Shown piece by piece: positions 12,357-26,335 of a DNA stretch of 64,000 nucleotides (position 1 is its first letter; the number at the start of each line of letters is the position of its first letter). Under the pieces are notes generated by a model. The model was not told where the DNA came from. It was given only the letters and a program-made list of their open reading frames with translations, and ran no database searches. The DNA is from Chiloscyllium plagiosum (lineage: Eukaryota): positions 15,607,677-15,671,676 of the forward strand of contig NC_057751.1 in the NCBI RefSeq assembly GCF_004010195.1, written 5' to 3'. The position numbers and the translations under genes were made by a program.

Positions 12357-13020
12357 GGAATCAGATTTTATGTACTCAAGTACAGGGACACAGCAGTACA
12401 GTGAGAAATGTGCAGAGTTGCCATTCCCGGCGCCATCTTGGGTACAAGGTACTTAGGTACAAAATCTTAGGTTCAAGTAGAAAAATAAGTAACTAATTTA
12501 AAAGTATAACATTACAGTTCTTCTCCATACAAAGTAGTTGATTAAAATAAAAGCTTAAGTTCAAACTTACAGTCTTTTTTTAGCCAAGGGTCTGCAGACG
12601 CTCCATGTTGGACTTTCCCCAAGAGGGCCTGCACTCCCTACAAGGGCCCGATCTCTCCCCCACCACAGTGCCAGGAGATCCCCACGCCAACTGCCATCCA
12701 AGCTCACTGGCCATCTCGCCGCTGACCACCATCCAGGCTCACCGCCTGCCCCTCTGCAGACAGCTAGAGTCCTGCTCCCAGCCTCTACCGCACTCCTGAC
12801 CTCCAAGAAGCCGTGATGCTGTCGACCACCAGACTCCAGCCCTGGCACACCAGCCAACTTGCGGCAGATCTCCAAAGACCCCCAGCCGCTGCCGTCGCTG
12901 CCTCCAGAAGGGAAGTAGAGAAAAAAAAAACTGAAAAAAGAAAAACATAAGGAAAGAAGAAAGTGGTCGGAACAGACAAGCTCTGGCTCAGAAATCCTCC
13001 TGTGCTGCCATCTTAAAAAT
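12357..13020 (-). mobile_element. Unclassified ~650-bp non-autonomous element interrupting a CR1 3' fragment
   Basis: GC-richer block starting AAGATGGCAGC on minus, with a second AAGATGGCG at 12439-12431. The flanking CR1 sequence (...CCTTCCAAATCTT | ...CTTGTATGTTACAATAAG) joins up across it. Confidence 0.45.
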
Positions 13021-15139
13021 AGCTTGTATGTTACAATAAGTTCTCCAGAATTCTCCAGAATTCAGGCACAACCTGATCAACCTTTCCCAGTCGACAATCC
13101 CTTCCTCCCAGAAATCAGTTGAGTCCATGTCATGACTTAGTGCTGTTAACCTCTGTTAAACTCTTATCTATGTCTCTGTAGCCTCTTTCAACACTCCTCT
13201 TGCCTGTCTGCAGTCTTATAGTCATCCTAACCTTAATCATATCAATAACTTTTCTCCTGTTTTCTAACTTGTAGCAAGTCCCACTGAGCTACTAACCCTA
13301 TACTCGCTGACCAACAGTGGTTCCCAGTCAAACAGTGCCTTGATTTTGAAATTCTCATCCTTGATTTCAAATCTCTCCAGGACCAGGCTTGTGAGCCTTC
13401 TCAGAATTGCCACCAATGCAAGAATATCCCTCCTTAAGTAAATAGATCAAAACAGGCAACTTTCTCTCCTTCCCTTCAAGTAAGGTACTCCCCTAGTACC
13501 TCAGCCAAGTATAAGTGAGCCCCAAATTAACTCGATGCTCACACACCCTCAGTCTAGAAGGCCACAGCTGGCAGCTGTACTATTGGGCATTCTGTCAATT
13601 CCATTCCGAAGCAAGTCAAAAAACCTCAGCTTCCCACCATTGTGCTTCACCAACAATCAGAACATTGTAGCTTTTGAGTAAATATAATTGGATGCTTCCA
13701 TTAACGTGCCTCAACACTGCACAGCTTGCCTTTTTGGCTATGTAGCAAGGTGCCATACAAATAGTTTCTCGTAACAAGAAGCTGCAAAGAGTGACTCATC
13801 TCATGACTTCTCAATGCCTGTCCATCACCAAAGGTACAAGTCAAGAGTGGGATGAAATATTTTCAGTTGCATGGATGAGTGCAGCTCCCCAACAACACTC
13901 AAGAAGGTTGATACCCCACTGGCACCTTAAACATGCATTTAGTCCACCAAAGCACAGTGGCAGCAGTGGATGTACTCAATAAAGCTCCTTCGGATAGTGT
14001 CTTCTGAGTCTGTGGAACGTTACTAACTAAAAGCATAAGGGCAGTAGATGGATGGAGCACCACCACTTGTAGGTTTCTCTTCAAACTACATCAGCCCGTG
14101 CTCGAAGTGTATCACCATTATTTCACCATCTCTGGGTTAAAATCCTGGTACCTCCTCCTCAACAATGTTCCAGTGGACCTAATTCATATGGACTGCAATG
14201 GTTCAAGAAGACTGCTCAACACCAACTCAGGGCAATTAGGATGGGCAAAAAATACTGACCTTCCCAGAAATTCCCACATGACACAAATTATTTAAGCTGT
14301 ACTGAGACGAAAGGTGACAGGTGCAAGAGCCCAAGGAGGCAATACTATACCTTTGGGAGAGTTTATCTTGTGTTATAATCTCAATATTACAAAGGAGTGT
14401 TTCTTGAGATTAATACATCAGGCACTTACAATATGAGTTAAACACCATAAAGTAGCCTTTATGTTAACAAAATGTGACAGGCTTATAAGATCAGTCTTTC
14501 AAAATAAGAAATATATGACCAGCTTTAGAAACCAATGTGGTCTCCATTTCCCAGTCTCAGGGCAGAATACATCTTGCCTTGGTTTTATGCAGATCAGTGA
14601 CAGGAGACAAAAGCTGGAAGACATGTGAAGAAAGAGAAATAGATAGAAATAATTAATTTCCAGTCATGCACCCTCCTCATCTGCTCACTGCTTCCTTCAC
14701 ATCTGACTCACTTCACAACATTACATCCAGTTCTGCTGGCTTGCCAATGATTACTCCCAAGTGGAAATACTAAATCAAGCTGTTCAGCTGTTTACTTAAC
14801 TGATGTTCAACTCTATCAATGCTTATACAAAAGAAAACTCCTGTGCGTCATTGGAAATTGGGTGAAAGGACAGAACACATAAATGTCACGTCATGGGAAT
14901 ACCGATGACAATGACGTTATGGGAAACACCAAGTGTCAGGAATTGAGCAGGTTACCCTCTCTCCTATTCAAGCTTTGTGCCAATATTTATCCTTCAACCA
15001 ACATCACTAAACATGATTACCTGATTGGTTTCACATTGCTGTTTGTGGGAGCTTGCAGCATGCAAATTCGCTGCCACATTTACTCCGTGACAACAGTGAC
15101 GGAACCCCAAAACTATTTCATTAGCTGTAAAGCACTTTG

Positions 15140-16990
15140 AAACATAGAAAACAAGGACAGGAGTAGGCTATTTGGCCCTTTGAACCTGCACCACGATCCT
15201 GGCTGATCATGCAATTTCAGTATCCCACTCCTGCTTTCTCTCCATACACCCAATCCCTTTAGTCCAGCTCCCTCTTGAATATCTAATGAACTGGCCCCAA
15301 CACCTTTCTGTGGGAAAGAATTCTACAAGTTCACAACTCTCTTGAGTAAGAAAATTCTTCCTCATCTCAGTCCAAAATGGCTTACCCCTTATTCTTACAT
15401 AGTGACCCCTAGTTCAGGATTTCCCCAACATGGGGAACAACCTTCCCGCAACTGGCTTGTCCAGTCCCATCAGGATTTTACATGTTTCTATGAGATTCCC
15501 CCCCTCCCCACCCCATTCTTCTAAAATTCCTCTGAGTACAAGCCCAGTCAATCCAACCTTTCTTCACGTTGGTCCTGCCATCCCGGGAATTAGTCTGTTG
15601 AACCTTCGTTGGACTCCCTTAATAGCAAGAATAAGGGGAATCCTGGAGTCACATTAAGTACTGTAAGAAAAGCCTCAAAAACAGAATATATTTTCAAGGC
15701 ATATCAAAACTACTTTTTAAAACTCCCCACCCTTGGTGCTACAAGTGCAAAGAGCACTGTTTTTTGCTGGGGTACCCAGACACATTGCCAATGACTTTGG
15801 GTGCAAGCCAAGCCTGTCTGAATTATCCTCATAAAACAACAGCTCATTCCAAGTATCAATCCAGTAACCTCCGCTGAATTGCCTCCAAAGCATTGATGTC
15901 TTTCCTTTAGTAAGGAGACTAAAACTACACGCACTGTTTGAGATGTGGCCTCCCTAATTTCCTGTACAATTGAAGCATGACATGCCCACTTTCACATGCA
16001 ATTCTTTTCATCAGGTTAGAATCTCATTCATCCTCTTGATTACGTGCTGTACCTGCACTATGACCTTTTGTGACTCATGCATTAGCCACACAGGTCCCTC
16101 TGCACTTCAGAATTCCTCAGTCATTCTCCATTCAAGTAATACCCTGCTTTTTTCATTCTCCCTGCTGAAGTGAACAACTTCACATTTTGCCACATTGTAT
16201 TCCATATGTCAGATTTATACCCACTTACTTAACTTTATTTCTCTGCCTGTGACTTCCTTACATCTTGTTCACAACATAATTTCCTACTTTTCTTGGTGTT
16301 GTCTGGGATTTAGGTCCTTACATCCTCACTTCCCTCATTGTGGACACTGAAGAAGTTTGGATCCTGTGGGTCCACTTGTCAAGTCCTGCCAATAAGACCA
16401 ACTCTGTTTTCTGAGAGCTAGCTGATCTTCTTCACGCTAATATGTTATACCCTACACTTAAAGAGGTTTTACTTTCCGCCACAACTTTTGATGCGGCATC
16501 TTATCAAATACAAGTGCAGTACATCCACTGGCACTCTTTTATTCACAAAGCATTACACCTTCAAAGAAGTCTAACAAATTGGTTAAACGTGATTTCCCTT
16601 GGACAAAGCCATGCTCGTTCCAACTGCCTTGAGTTTTCCTAAGTATGTGACGAAAATCTTTTTAATGACCAATTCTGACAACTACCTCACAAGAGACGTC
16701 AAGTTAACCAGCCTATAGTTTCCTGTTTTCCACCCCTGTCCCTTCTTGAATATTTGCTGCTTTCCAGTCCAATGGAACCTTTTCTCAATCTTGGGAATTT
16801 TGGAAAATTATAACTCCAGGATGAAGTCGACTTGGATCCAAAGACTTGTCAGGCTGAAGCTGCACTAGATTCCTTAGTACCACTTTCTGTATGATGCTAA
16901 ATTTGCTAAGCTACTATCTTCCTTTCATCTCCTGATTTATAGCCAATACTGAAATGTTTTGTACCCTCGATACTCAAGACAGAAGCCACC
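15140..16990 (-). mobile_element. Cluster of decayed CR1-type LINE fragments
   Basis: Reversed CR1 3' end (CATAGAAAACAAGGACAGGAGTAGGC) and RT-like remnants. Confidence 0.65.
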
Positions 16991-17280
16991 ATTCAGATGA
17001 GATGTTAAAACCAAAGACCCATCTGCCTACTACATGGATGGACAAGAAAGATCTCACAGTACTGTTCTGAATTCTCCCCAGTGTCCGAACCAATACTTAA
17101 CCCTCAGTCAACATCCCAACCAAAAAAAACAGATAATTTGGTCATGATCACATTGCTGTTTGTGAGAGTTTGCTGCACTCAACTCGACTCCTGTCTTTCC
17201 AACAACTGCAATCACATTTCAAAATCTGTACATTCACCACTCTGGCGATCATGCAAAGCACTATATAAATGCAAATGATT
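16985..17280 (+). mobile_element. Deu-domain SINE fragment
   Basis: GATGAGATGTTAAAACC...ATCACATTGCTGTTTGTGAGAG...CTATATAAATGCAA. Confidence 0.6.
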
Positions 17281-17305
17281 TTTACTGTAGTAACATAATG
17301 CCCAA

Positions 17306-17627
17306 GGGCGGCACGGTGGCTCAGTGGTCAGCACTGATGCCTCACAGTGTCAGGGACTCGGTTCAATTCCTGCCTCAGGCAACTGCCTGTGTGGAGTTTG
17401 CACATTCTCCTCCCTGTCTGTGTGGGTTTCTTCTGGGTGCTCCGGTTTCCTCCCACAGTCCAGATGTGCAGGTTAGGTGAATTGGCCATGCTAAATTGCC
17501 CGTAGTGTTAGGTGTAGGGGAATGGGTCTGGGTGGATTGCTCTTCGGAGGGTCGATGTGGACTTATTGGGTCGAAGGGCCTGTTTCCACACTGTAGGGAA
17601 TCTAATCTAATCTAATCAAATCTAATC
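17306..17627 (+). mobile_element. HE1-like V-SINE
   Basis: Same head, V-domain and (AATCT)n tail as the 5958 copy. Confidence 0.9.
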
Positions 17628-18367
17628 ATATTTTAAAGGAGTGTCGGTAAAAAAATACTAAATTGAAGCATTTAAGCAGGTATTAGCTGACCAAAGTTTT
17701 GACCAAAGATACAGCTTTAAAGACTGTATGTGAGGAGAAGAGACGGCTGGGGGGCTGGGGTGTCAACATCAGGGAAGATTTTGAAAACAAGGACGGTGAT
17801 TTTAAAATAGAGAGGAGCTAACCTGGCCACTGTTTCAAAGGCTACTGGCATCAAATTGAGTCCCCACACCCCACCAGTATTGAGTGTGAATGAATGCTGA
17901 AATCAATACCAGGATGGTCCTGCGATCAATCGCTGCCATTTGATTCGAATTACAGAGTTCCTGCGATTTTTGTTCAAATGTTGCAATTCATGACATGTCA
18001 AATAATTCTGCTCGATTGAAGTTTCAAAAGAGGATAATCTATCATTACTAAATGCCAAGACCCTTCAGGCTAATTTGATGTAAGTAATAGCAGAAACTTT
18101 TACAAGAAAATGGAGGACGGTAAATTGAAGGATTACGGTCGTGGTAACTGAATTTAATTGATCTGTTTATTTTCCATTTGCTGCGCGAGTACAGCCAAGT
18201 GGCTGTTATTACTTAAATCAAATAAAGCTTTCAACCCCAAAGCCTTTGGCATCTTTGTAATAATAAACACATTAAGCTAATAATCTAGTACAGAATGGAA
18301 TTGAGGATGAGCAGATTTCCTGGAATTTTAAAACCTGAACTCCAATTTAGCCAGACCCTAACTTTCT

Positions 18368-18631
18368 TAGATTACTTACAGTGGGGAAACAGGCCCTTCA
18401 GCCCAACAAGTCCACACCGACCCGCAACCCACCCAGACCACTATAATTACTCCTTCACCTAACACTATGGGCAATTTAGTATGGACAATTCACCTAACCT
18501 GCACATTTTTGGACTGTGGGAGGAAACCGGAGCACCCGGAGGAAACCTACACAGACATGGGGAGAACGTGCAAACTCCACACAGACAGTCGCCTGAGGCA
18601 GGAATTGAACCACTGAGCCACTGTGCCGCCC
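18368..18631 (-). mobile_element. HE1-like V-SINE with an internal deletion in the tRNA head
   Basis: Reverse complement of the 5958 family, missing ~35 nt between two AACC motifs. Confidence 0.85.
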
Positions 18632-19584
18632 ATAACACATTCAATCCTCTGTAGGAGATGCTATGGTCTCAATCAGAGCTGAAAAGGTGCTGTGGAAGGA
18701 CTGGAAGAAGAGGACACCTCTCCATGTTCCTTGGCCAATATAGCTTCCTCACCATGCCCACACTCACCTCCCCGTGTCCAACCAATGATGTCGAAAACTG
18801 CTCACTTACCCTCGTTGCTGTGTGCAAATAAGCTGCCACGCACTCTTACTGAGTCATCACAGGGCCAGAGCAAAATCACCCCAAACCACAACCGGATGCA
18901 ATTAGGTCAAGGAAGAAAAGTTAAAAATTTTGCTTTTCTCCAACTTTTCTCAACTTCAGTGCATCCTAAATACGCTGTGCAAAGGATCTCTAACTGCAGT
19001 CAGTGTTGCCTAAGGGAAAACACAGCAGCCCATCCGTGTCCAGCAAGCTCCCACAGACAGCAACGGCCACAAAGTATTTTGCTTAAGGCACTGGTTGAGG
19101 CAATAAGTATTGACCACATGTCAAGTTCAGGTCTTCTTTGAGTCGTGCCACGGGTTCTTCTACATCCACTCCAGAGAGAAGATAAGGTTTATGCTCACCT
19201 AAATGATGGCTGTCTCAGCAGCACAGTGAAGAGTCGGTGTAGACTTGGTGCTCAAGAGTAAGCTTCTCCAGACTCAGAGGAAAGTGCTGACCATTGTCTC
19301 CCTCATGACCTTTGGCAGCTTGAAGGTGTAGTGGCTCCATGCCCTGCGCTGCTGCTCAAGTGTGTCACTGATGCATGCTACTGGCAGCGCTGCTCTGTCT
19401 TGTATGAAAAAGGCACCAGCAATCTTCCTAGTAGGACCTGCTTACTCAACCCTAATTCAAAAGACCTGTTGTGATTGAGCATCCACAGTCAGCAATGACT
19501 CTGGCTGGGTGGTGGATTGCAAGTCTTCACTGACTAATAGTATGCAACGTATAGGTTAATTACATATGAAGCACTTTTTAAAAA

Positions 19585-21465
19585 ATTCATTCATGGAATG
19601 TGCACGTCGCTGGCTAGGCAGCATTTATTTTCTGTCTCTAGTTGTCCTCGAGAAGGTGGTGGTTAGCTGCTTTCTTGAACTGCACCAGTCCATTAGGTTG
19701 ACCCACAATGCAGAAAGGAAGGGTGTTCCAGGAAGTTGACCCAGTGACAGTGAAGTAACGGCAATATATTTCCAAGTCAGGATGGTGAGTGGTTTGGAGA
19801 GAAACTTGCAGGTGGTGGCGTTTCCACATTTCTGCTGCCCTTGTCTTTCTAAATGGTAGCGTTGTGGGTCTAGAAGGTGCTGTCCGAAGTGTCTTGGTGA
19901 ATTTCTGCAGTGCATCTTGTAGAGGGTACACACTGCTGCTACTGAGCATCTATGGTGGAAGGAGTGAATGTTTGTACATGCGGTGCAAATCAAGTTGGCT
20001 GATTTGTCCTGGATGGTTTCAAGCTTCTTCAGTGTTGTCTGAACTGCACTCATCGAGACAGGTGGGGAGTATTTAATCACACTCCTTAATTGTGACTTGC
20101 AGATGGTCGATAAGTTTTGGGAAATAAGGACATGCGATACTCAGTGCAATATGCCTACCTCTGACATGCTGTTGTAAGCACTTACATGGCTAAGCATTCT
20201 GTTTCTGGTCAATGGTAAACTAGGGGTTTAGGGGTGGCATGGCGGGACAGTGGTTAGCACTGCTGCCTATTAACGCCAGAGACTTGGGTTCGATTCCACC
20301 CTTGGGCAAAAGTGTGGAGCTTGCACATTGTCTCTGTGTCTGTGTTGGTCTCTTCCAGGTGCACAGTCCAATGATATGCAGTTTGGATGGATTGGCCATG
20401 CTAAATTGCCGACTGTATCCAGAGATGTGCAGGTTAGGTGGATTAGCCATTGGGAATACAAGTTTACAAGGACAGGGTAGGGGGTCTGGCTGGATAGGAT
20501 GCTCTTTGGAAGGTCAGTGTAGACTCAATGGGCTGAATGGCCTGCTTCCACACTGTTAGGGTTCTATGATTCTATGGTATGCATAATGGGGAGTTCAGCA
20601 ATAGCGACACTATTGAATGTCAATGATCCAATGGTCTTGTTGGAGATGGTCATTGCTTGGCACTCTGTAATACAACTTGTCAGCTCAAACCTGGATATTG
20701 TCTAGATCTTGCTGCACATTGACATGGACTGCTTCAGGATCTCAGGGGTCACAAATGGTGCTGAACATTGTATAATCATCAGCGAACATCTGCACTTCTG
20801 ATCTTGTGATGCAGGGAAGGTCATTCTCGAAGCAGCTGAAGATGGTTGGACCTAGGAATCTCCCCTGAGGAACTCTTGCAGAGGTGCCCTGGAGCTGAGA
20901 TGAGTGACCTCCAAATATCACAACCGTCTTCCAATGTGCCACCAGTTATGCCTTCAAACAATCAAGAGTTTCCCCCATACCCACTGATTCCAGTTTTATC
21001 AGGGCTTTTTGGTCAAATGAGAAACTGATATCAAGGGCAGTCACTCTCACCTCACCTCTGGACTTCAGCTCTTCTGTCTGTGTTTGGACCAGTCGCTGAC
21101 TGGCCTGGTGGAACCCAAACTAAGCATCACTAAGGTTATAGCTGAGCAGCTGCTGCTTCATAGCATTGTTGTTGACCCCTTCCATCACTTTACTGATGAT
21201 TGAGAGTAGATTGCTGGGGCAGTTCTAGGTCAGGTTGGATTTCCTTGCTTCTTGTGTCCAGGACAGATTTGAACAATTGTCTACATTGTCAGGGAGATGC
21301 GAGTCCTACAGGTGCACTGGCATAGGTTGGTTGGGGGCATGGCCAGTTCTGGAGTATAAGCCTTCAGTACTATTGCCAGAATGTTGTCAGGGCTCACAGC
21401 CTTAGCAGTATCCAAAGCTTTCAGCAGGTCCTCGATATGACGTGGAGTGAATTAAATTGACTGAA
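19585..21465 (-). mobile_element. LINE (CR1/L2 group), 3' part with decayed RT, interrupted by a V-SINE
   Basis: VPQGRFLGPTIFSCF...MFADDYT (ORF 20742-20942) and IQDKSANLI...HHRCSVAAVC (ORF 19625-20080). Confidence 0.85.
20232..20576 (+). mobile_element. V-SINE nested in a LINE
   Basis: tRNA head, partial V-domain and (TTCTATG) tail. LINE sequence continues on both sides. Confidence 0.8.
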
Positions 21466-21468
21466 GAA

Positions 21469-21760
21469 AATCATAGAATTCCTACAGTGTGGAAGCAGGC
21501 CATTCGGTCTGAGTTCACACCAACCCTCCAAAAAGCATTCCTCCTTCCCTTACCCAGCATACTATGGGTAATTTAGCATGGTCAGTACACCTAATTAGCA
21601 CATCTTTGGAACGTATGAGGAAACCAGAGCACCGAGAGGAAACCGAAGCAATCACAGGGAGACTGTCCAAACTCTACACAGACATTCATCCGAGGGTGGA
21701 ATTGAACCCAGACCCCTGATGCTGTGAGGCAGGAATGCTAACCACTGAGCTATCACACCA
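21469..21760 (-). mobile_element. V-SINE, diverged
   Basis: GGAATTGAACCCAGACCCCTGATGCTGTGAGGCAGGAATGCTAACCACTGAGC is the reversed tRNA head. Confidence 0.8.
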
Positions 21761-23839
21761 ACTAGGGAGCTGTAGGGTAGGAAATCTGACAGCCGACTTC
21801 CACTCAGAGCAATATAATCATCTCCATCCCTTTGATGAGAAGGGCCCTGCCTGCCACTGGCCACTCGGGTGCTTCCTTGCTTCCTGGTGGTGTAACATGA
21901 AGAAAGTTTTATGCACTCGTTGTTCATCCACTGTGTCTTTCACCTGCAACACACAACAATGGATGCTGGGGATTGGAGAGAAAAAAAATAACCATCTCTT
22001 AGAGCTGTCGGTTTAGGGAAAATGTGGGCTGCAATAACAGGAAGAACATTCCCACTTTTCTTCTAGTGATGCAGGACCTTTTGTGTCCACACTATTTGAC
22101 ATTTCAAATGAAAGGCAGAACTCCCTCAGGAGCACACTTGACTATTCCTGAGATTGGTTCTTGCACTGCTGGCCTTAAGCCTCAGCTGCCCTCCACTGAC
22201 ATCATTCCCTTCAGCTCAGCAGGAGTCGGAACTACATATCCTGGAACTAATGTGCCCCGTCTCTCTAAACTGCCATCCACTCCCAGCCAGAAAACCATGT
22301 AGACCCAAGCTGATGGGGTGAATTGTCTCAGGCTCACATCCTTTTACCCCAAGACTTCCCCACGCAGAGCAGAACAGGGTCCATGAGAAAGAGAGCTTCT
22401 CCTCACCGCTCCCAGATTTACACTGTCTGTATTCGCAAACAGATTCAAACAGTCAGATCCCAGGTTCAAAACACTGCCTGAGTTAACAAACTGGCAAAGC
22501 TCAGCTCCTGTGGGACCTAAGGAGGCCGACCATCTGCACATTCTCTCGGTTCAAGTAGATGCCAGAGTGGCTGTGGTGTCGCTGTGATGTTTCAAAGATA
22601 ACGGTCAACCCCATCATTTGTCTCCTGGACACTTTAAAGACTCCTCCCAAATACAAAACAGCTGCCAAGCTTGCCAACAAAACAAATGGGGTGATTCTGG
22701 GAGCAGGGCTTTAAGGCATTTCTGAGAGGAGTCTAAAATACAGAGCCAGAGAGTGATCCCAACACAGGTCTGCAAGCATTATGCATAATACAAGTTCCTA
22801 GCTTGGTGCAGCTGAAGTCGGCCACTGTTTCCTAATGACGGAGAGAAGACTGCACTTTAGTCGGAGATGTTAATTTTATGGGTGAGCGCGGCTGCTGTGG
22901 AAAGTGCCACATAACGCTTTCTCACACAGAGATGGCACTTTGCCAGTTCCCTGAAGGAAATGTGAGGTGTCCCTCTAGTGGTAACATGTTGAACTTGTCT
23001 GGGACACATGGTATTGTGAGTTGGAGGGAGGAAGCCAGTGATCAATCCATCCTAAATTACAGCAGATACTTACTTAATTGTGTGTGCCAGGTCCAGAACA
23101 TCATCACTGATTTAAAACATTAATTTATTGTGTGAGGTCTTTCCCTCCAATGGATATGACAGTGGTATAACAGTCCTTGAGCCTGTTACATCATTGAGTG
23201 AGATCGTGGCTGATCTGCAATCTAACTCTGCATTCTCACCTTCTCTCCATGTCCCTTAATGCATGTAGATTACACAAGTCTATTACACGCAAGCTGAAAA
23301 TGACCAACTAGTCTAACATGGTATGCAGAAGGGAAATTTTCCAAGCCAGGATGGTATGTGAATTGAAGGCAAACTTGTGGTGCTGGTGTTCCAATGTTTC
23401 TGCTGCCCTCGTCCTTCTGAGTGAGTGGTGAGGGTCGTGGTTCACTTGATCTGTATTCACTTGAGTTTCGAAGAACAAGGCAGGATCACACTGAAACATA
23501 TAAAATTCTGACAGGCTAGACAGACTAGATGCAGGGGTGATGTTTCCCCTTGGCTCGGGAGTCCAGAACAAAGGATCATGGTCTCAACACACGATATACC
23601 ACTTCGTATTTAGAATGACGATGAATGTCTTCACTCAGAGGGTGGAGAACTTGTAGAATTTTCTATCACTGTATTTTGTAGAGGCTGACTCACTGAATAT
23701 ATTTAATAAAGAAACATTTCTAGAGGATAAAAGATGTCGAGGGATATCAGGTAAGCATATGAAACCAAAATTAGATCAAGGATCAGCCATGATCACCTAA
23801 GTGACAGATCAGTATGTCCTGACCATTCTGGTCTGTTCC

Positions 23840-24400
23840 TATGCTGCAGTGCCTAAAGGGACTGCATGCCTAAGATGGTAGATGAGGCATCGATTAAATT
23901 GAGTTTCTTTGGTGTTTTTCGAGCTACACGCATCTAAGGATGTGAAAAATATTCTAGCACATGTCTGACTTCTATCTTGGAGGTGGTGTAAAATGCTTGA
24001 GGAATCAGGTGGTGAACCACCAGCCTGTGATCTGCTCTTGTAAATACATCTTGTACATGGCAGGTACACATAAGTTTCAGGATCTGTTATGTTAGGGTAA
24101 GGGGTGAGATTTTTTTTGATGGAAGTGGTTATTGCCTGACACTTATATAGCATGAAGGTCACTTATGGCTTATCATCATACCATCAGCCAAAACATTGTC
24201 CAGGTCTTGTACAAGTGGACCAGGACTGATCCAGAAACTGACAAGTCACAAATGGTACCAAACGCAGCACAACCATCAGCAAGTAATGAAATTCTAATCT
24301 TATAATGATGGAAGGTCACTGTTAGAGCAGATGAAACGGCTGGGTCTCGGATCCTACCCTGGGGAATTAAGCAGTGACTGACATGCACGATGCATAGCCT
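23840..24400 (-). mobile_element. Decayed LINE fragment (same family as 19585)
   Basis: IPQGRIRDP..., LLADGC...F remnants. Confidence 0.6.
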
Positions 24401-26335
24401 TTTATTTTGCTGTTCAAATCCTTGGGACTTCTTAAAGACCACCTACTCAACATGGACAGTTTGTGACATTGTAATAATGCCACTGAACTAATCCCCAGGC
24501 TAATGGTCTATGATCATGGGTTCAAATCCCACCAAAAGATGGCAAAATTTAAACCGCAATTAATTAATAAACCTGCAATTAAAAGCTGTTCAAAAGGCCA
24601 TAGTCAACCCTTTTGGGAAGGAAATCCGCCATGGCCTACATGTGACTCCAGACCCACAGCAATGGAGTAGAATCTTAAAGTGTTCTCAGAAATTGTATCA
24701 TAAGTCACTCACTTAAAATGCAATTAGGAATACACGACAAATACTGGCCTTTCCAATGGCTCCCTTCAAACTCTTTATAAATTACAATAAAGTCCCAATC
24801 AACTTTTCAGATACTAAAGTGCAGTTAGAGAAAGAAAGACAGCTAAGAATGCACTTTGGAAACAATGATCTGACAGACTTGCTACAGGAACAATTAGGGA
24901 GAGATGGAGATTAAAAACAGAACAGGATGAAAAAATATGGGATTGGTTGATAACAGAAAGCCAGAGAAGCCAATTACTTCACTGAGGTTACGGTGACAGC
25001 ATACATACAATTAAATTTGTAACCGAAGCGCCACTTTCAAGGGATTTTTTTCCCCTCTTGCACTGACCTACTGGTCCTCACCAGCTTTAGGAAAACTTGC
25101 ATCATGAAATCTAGGCAGAGATTATCCGTGCTGAACATATGTCAGTAGGATTCCCAGAAGCAGGTCATTCGGCTCCTCAAACCTATTAAGATCAAGGCTG
25201 AAAAGTCTATTTTTCCCATTCCATGTTCCCACCTACTCCCAATAACCTTAGATCCCCTTGTTTAACAAAAATATATCTACCTCAGGAAAAAATAATTCTA
25301 ATTTTTGTCCTCAAAGTGCTACTCCTAATTTTAAAAACTGCTCCCTAATTCACCTTCTATAGCAAACATCCTTTCCATAACCACTTCGTCAAGCTAAGTC
25401 AGAACTTCAATTGGTCATCTTTCTTTCTTCTGAACTCGTGGAATTAAGCCCAGCCTGTGCAACCTTTCCTCATAAGACAACCCCTTCCTTCCATTTATCA
25501 ATCTTGTAAATCTCCTCTGAACTGATTCAATGCATTTGCATCTTCCCTTGTTTAAGAAGACTAAAACTTCGCACAGTATTTGAGCTGAGGTTTCACCAAT
25601 GTCCTGCATAACTGAAGCATAACTTCTTATTTTTATGTTCAATTTCTATCAGAAAGTCCAACAGCCTTCTCAATTATTTGTTGTATCCTGCACACTAACT
25701 TCACAACTTATACACTAGAACACTAAGATCCCTCTACAACATGGAATTTTGCACTCTATTAAGTCATGTACTTTTTTTTTTGCTTTCTTTTCCTGCCAAA
25801 CTAGATAATTTGACATTTACTCAATTTATACTCCATTTTAGTTATTGTTAGCTCTAAGAATTTTACTTTGTTTTAAATTCATTTGTGGGATCTGGGTATC
25901 ACTGGCTGGCCTGCTGTCCAAAGATACCCCTTGAGATAGTGATGGTGAGCTCCCTTCTGGAACCACTGCAGTCCATACACTGTAAGTAACCCACAATGAG
26001 CTTATGGACAAGTTCCAGGATTTTTGACCCATTAACACCGAAAGAATGGTGATATATTTACAAGTTAGTATGGTGACTGGGTTTGAGGGGAACTTGCAGG
26101 TGGCAGTGTTCCCATGTATTTGCTGTCCTTTTCCTTCTGGATGGTCGTGGTCAGACGTTTGGAAGGTGCTGTCGAAGGATATTTAGTGAATTTCTTGTAG
26201 GTGCTACACACTGCTGCGACTGAGCATTGGCGGTGGAGGGAGTGGATGTTTGTGAATATGGTACCAGTCAAGCGGGCTGCTTTGTCCTGGATGGTGTTGA
26301 GCCTCTTGAGTGTTGCTGGAGCTGCACTTCTCAAG

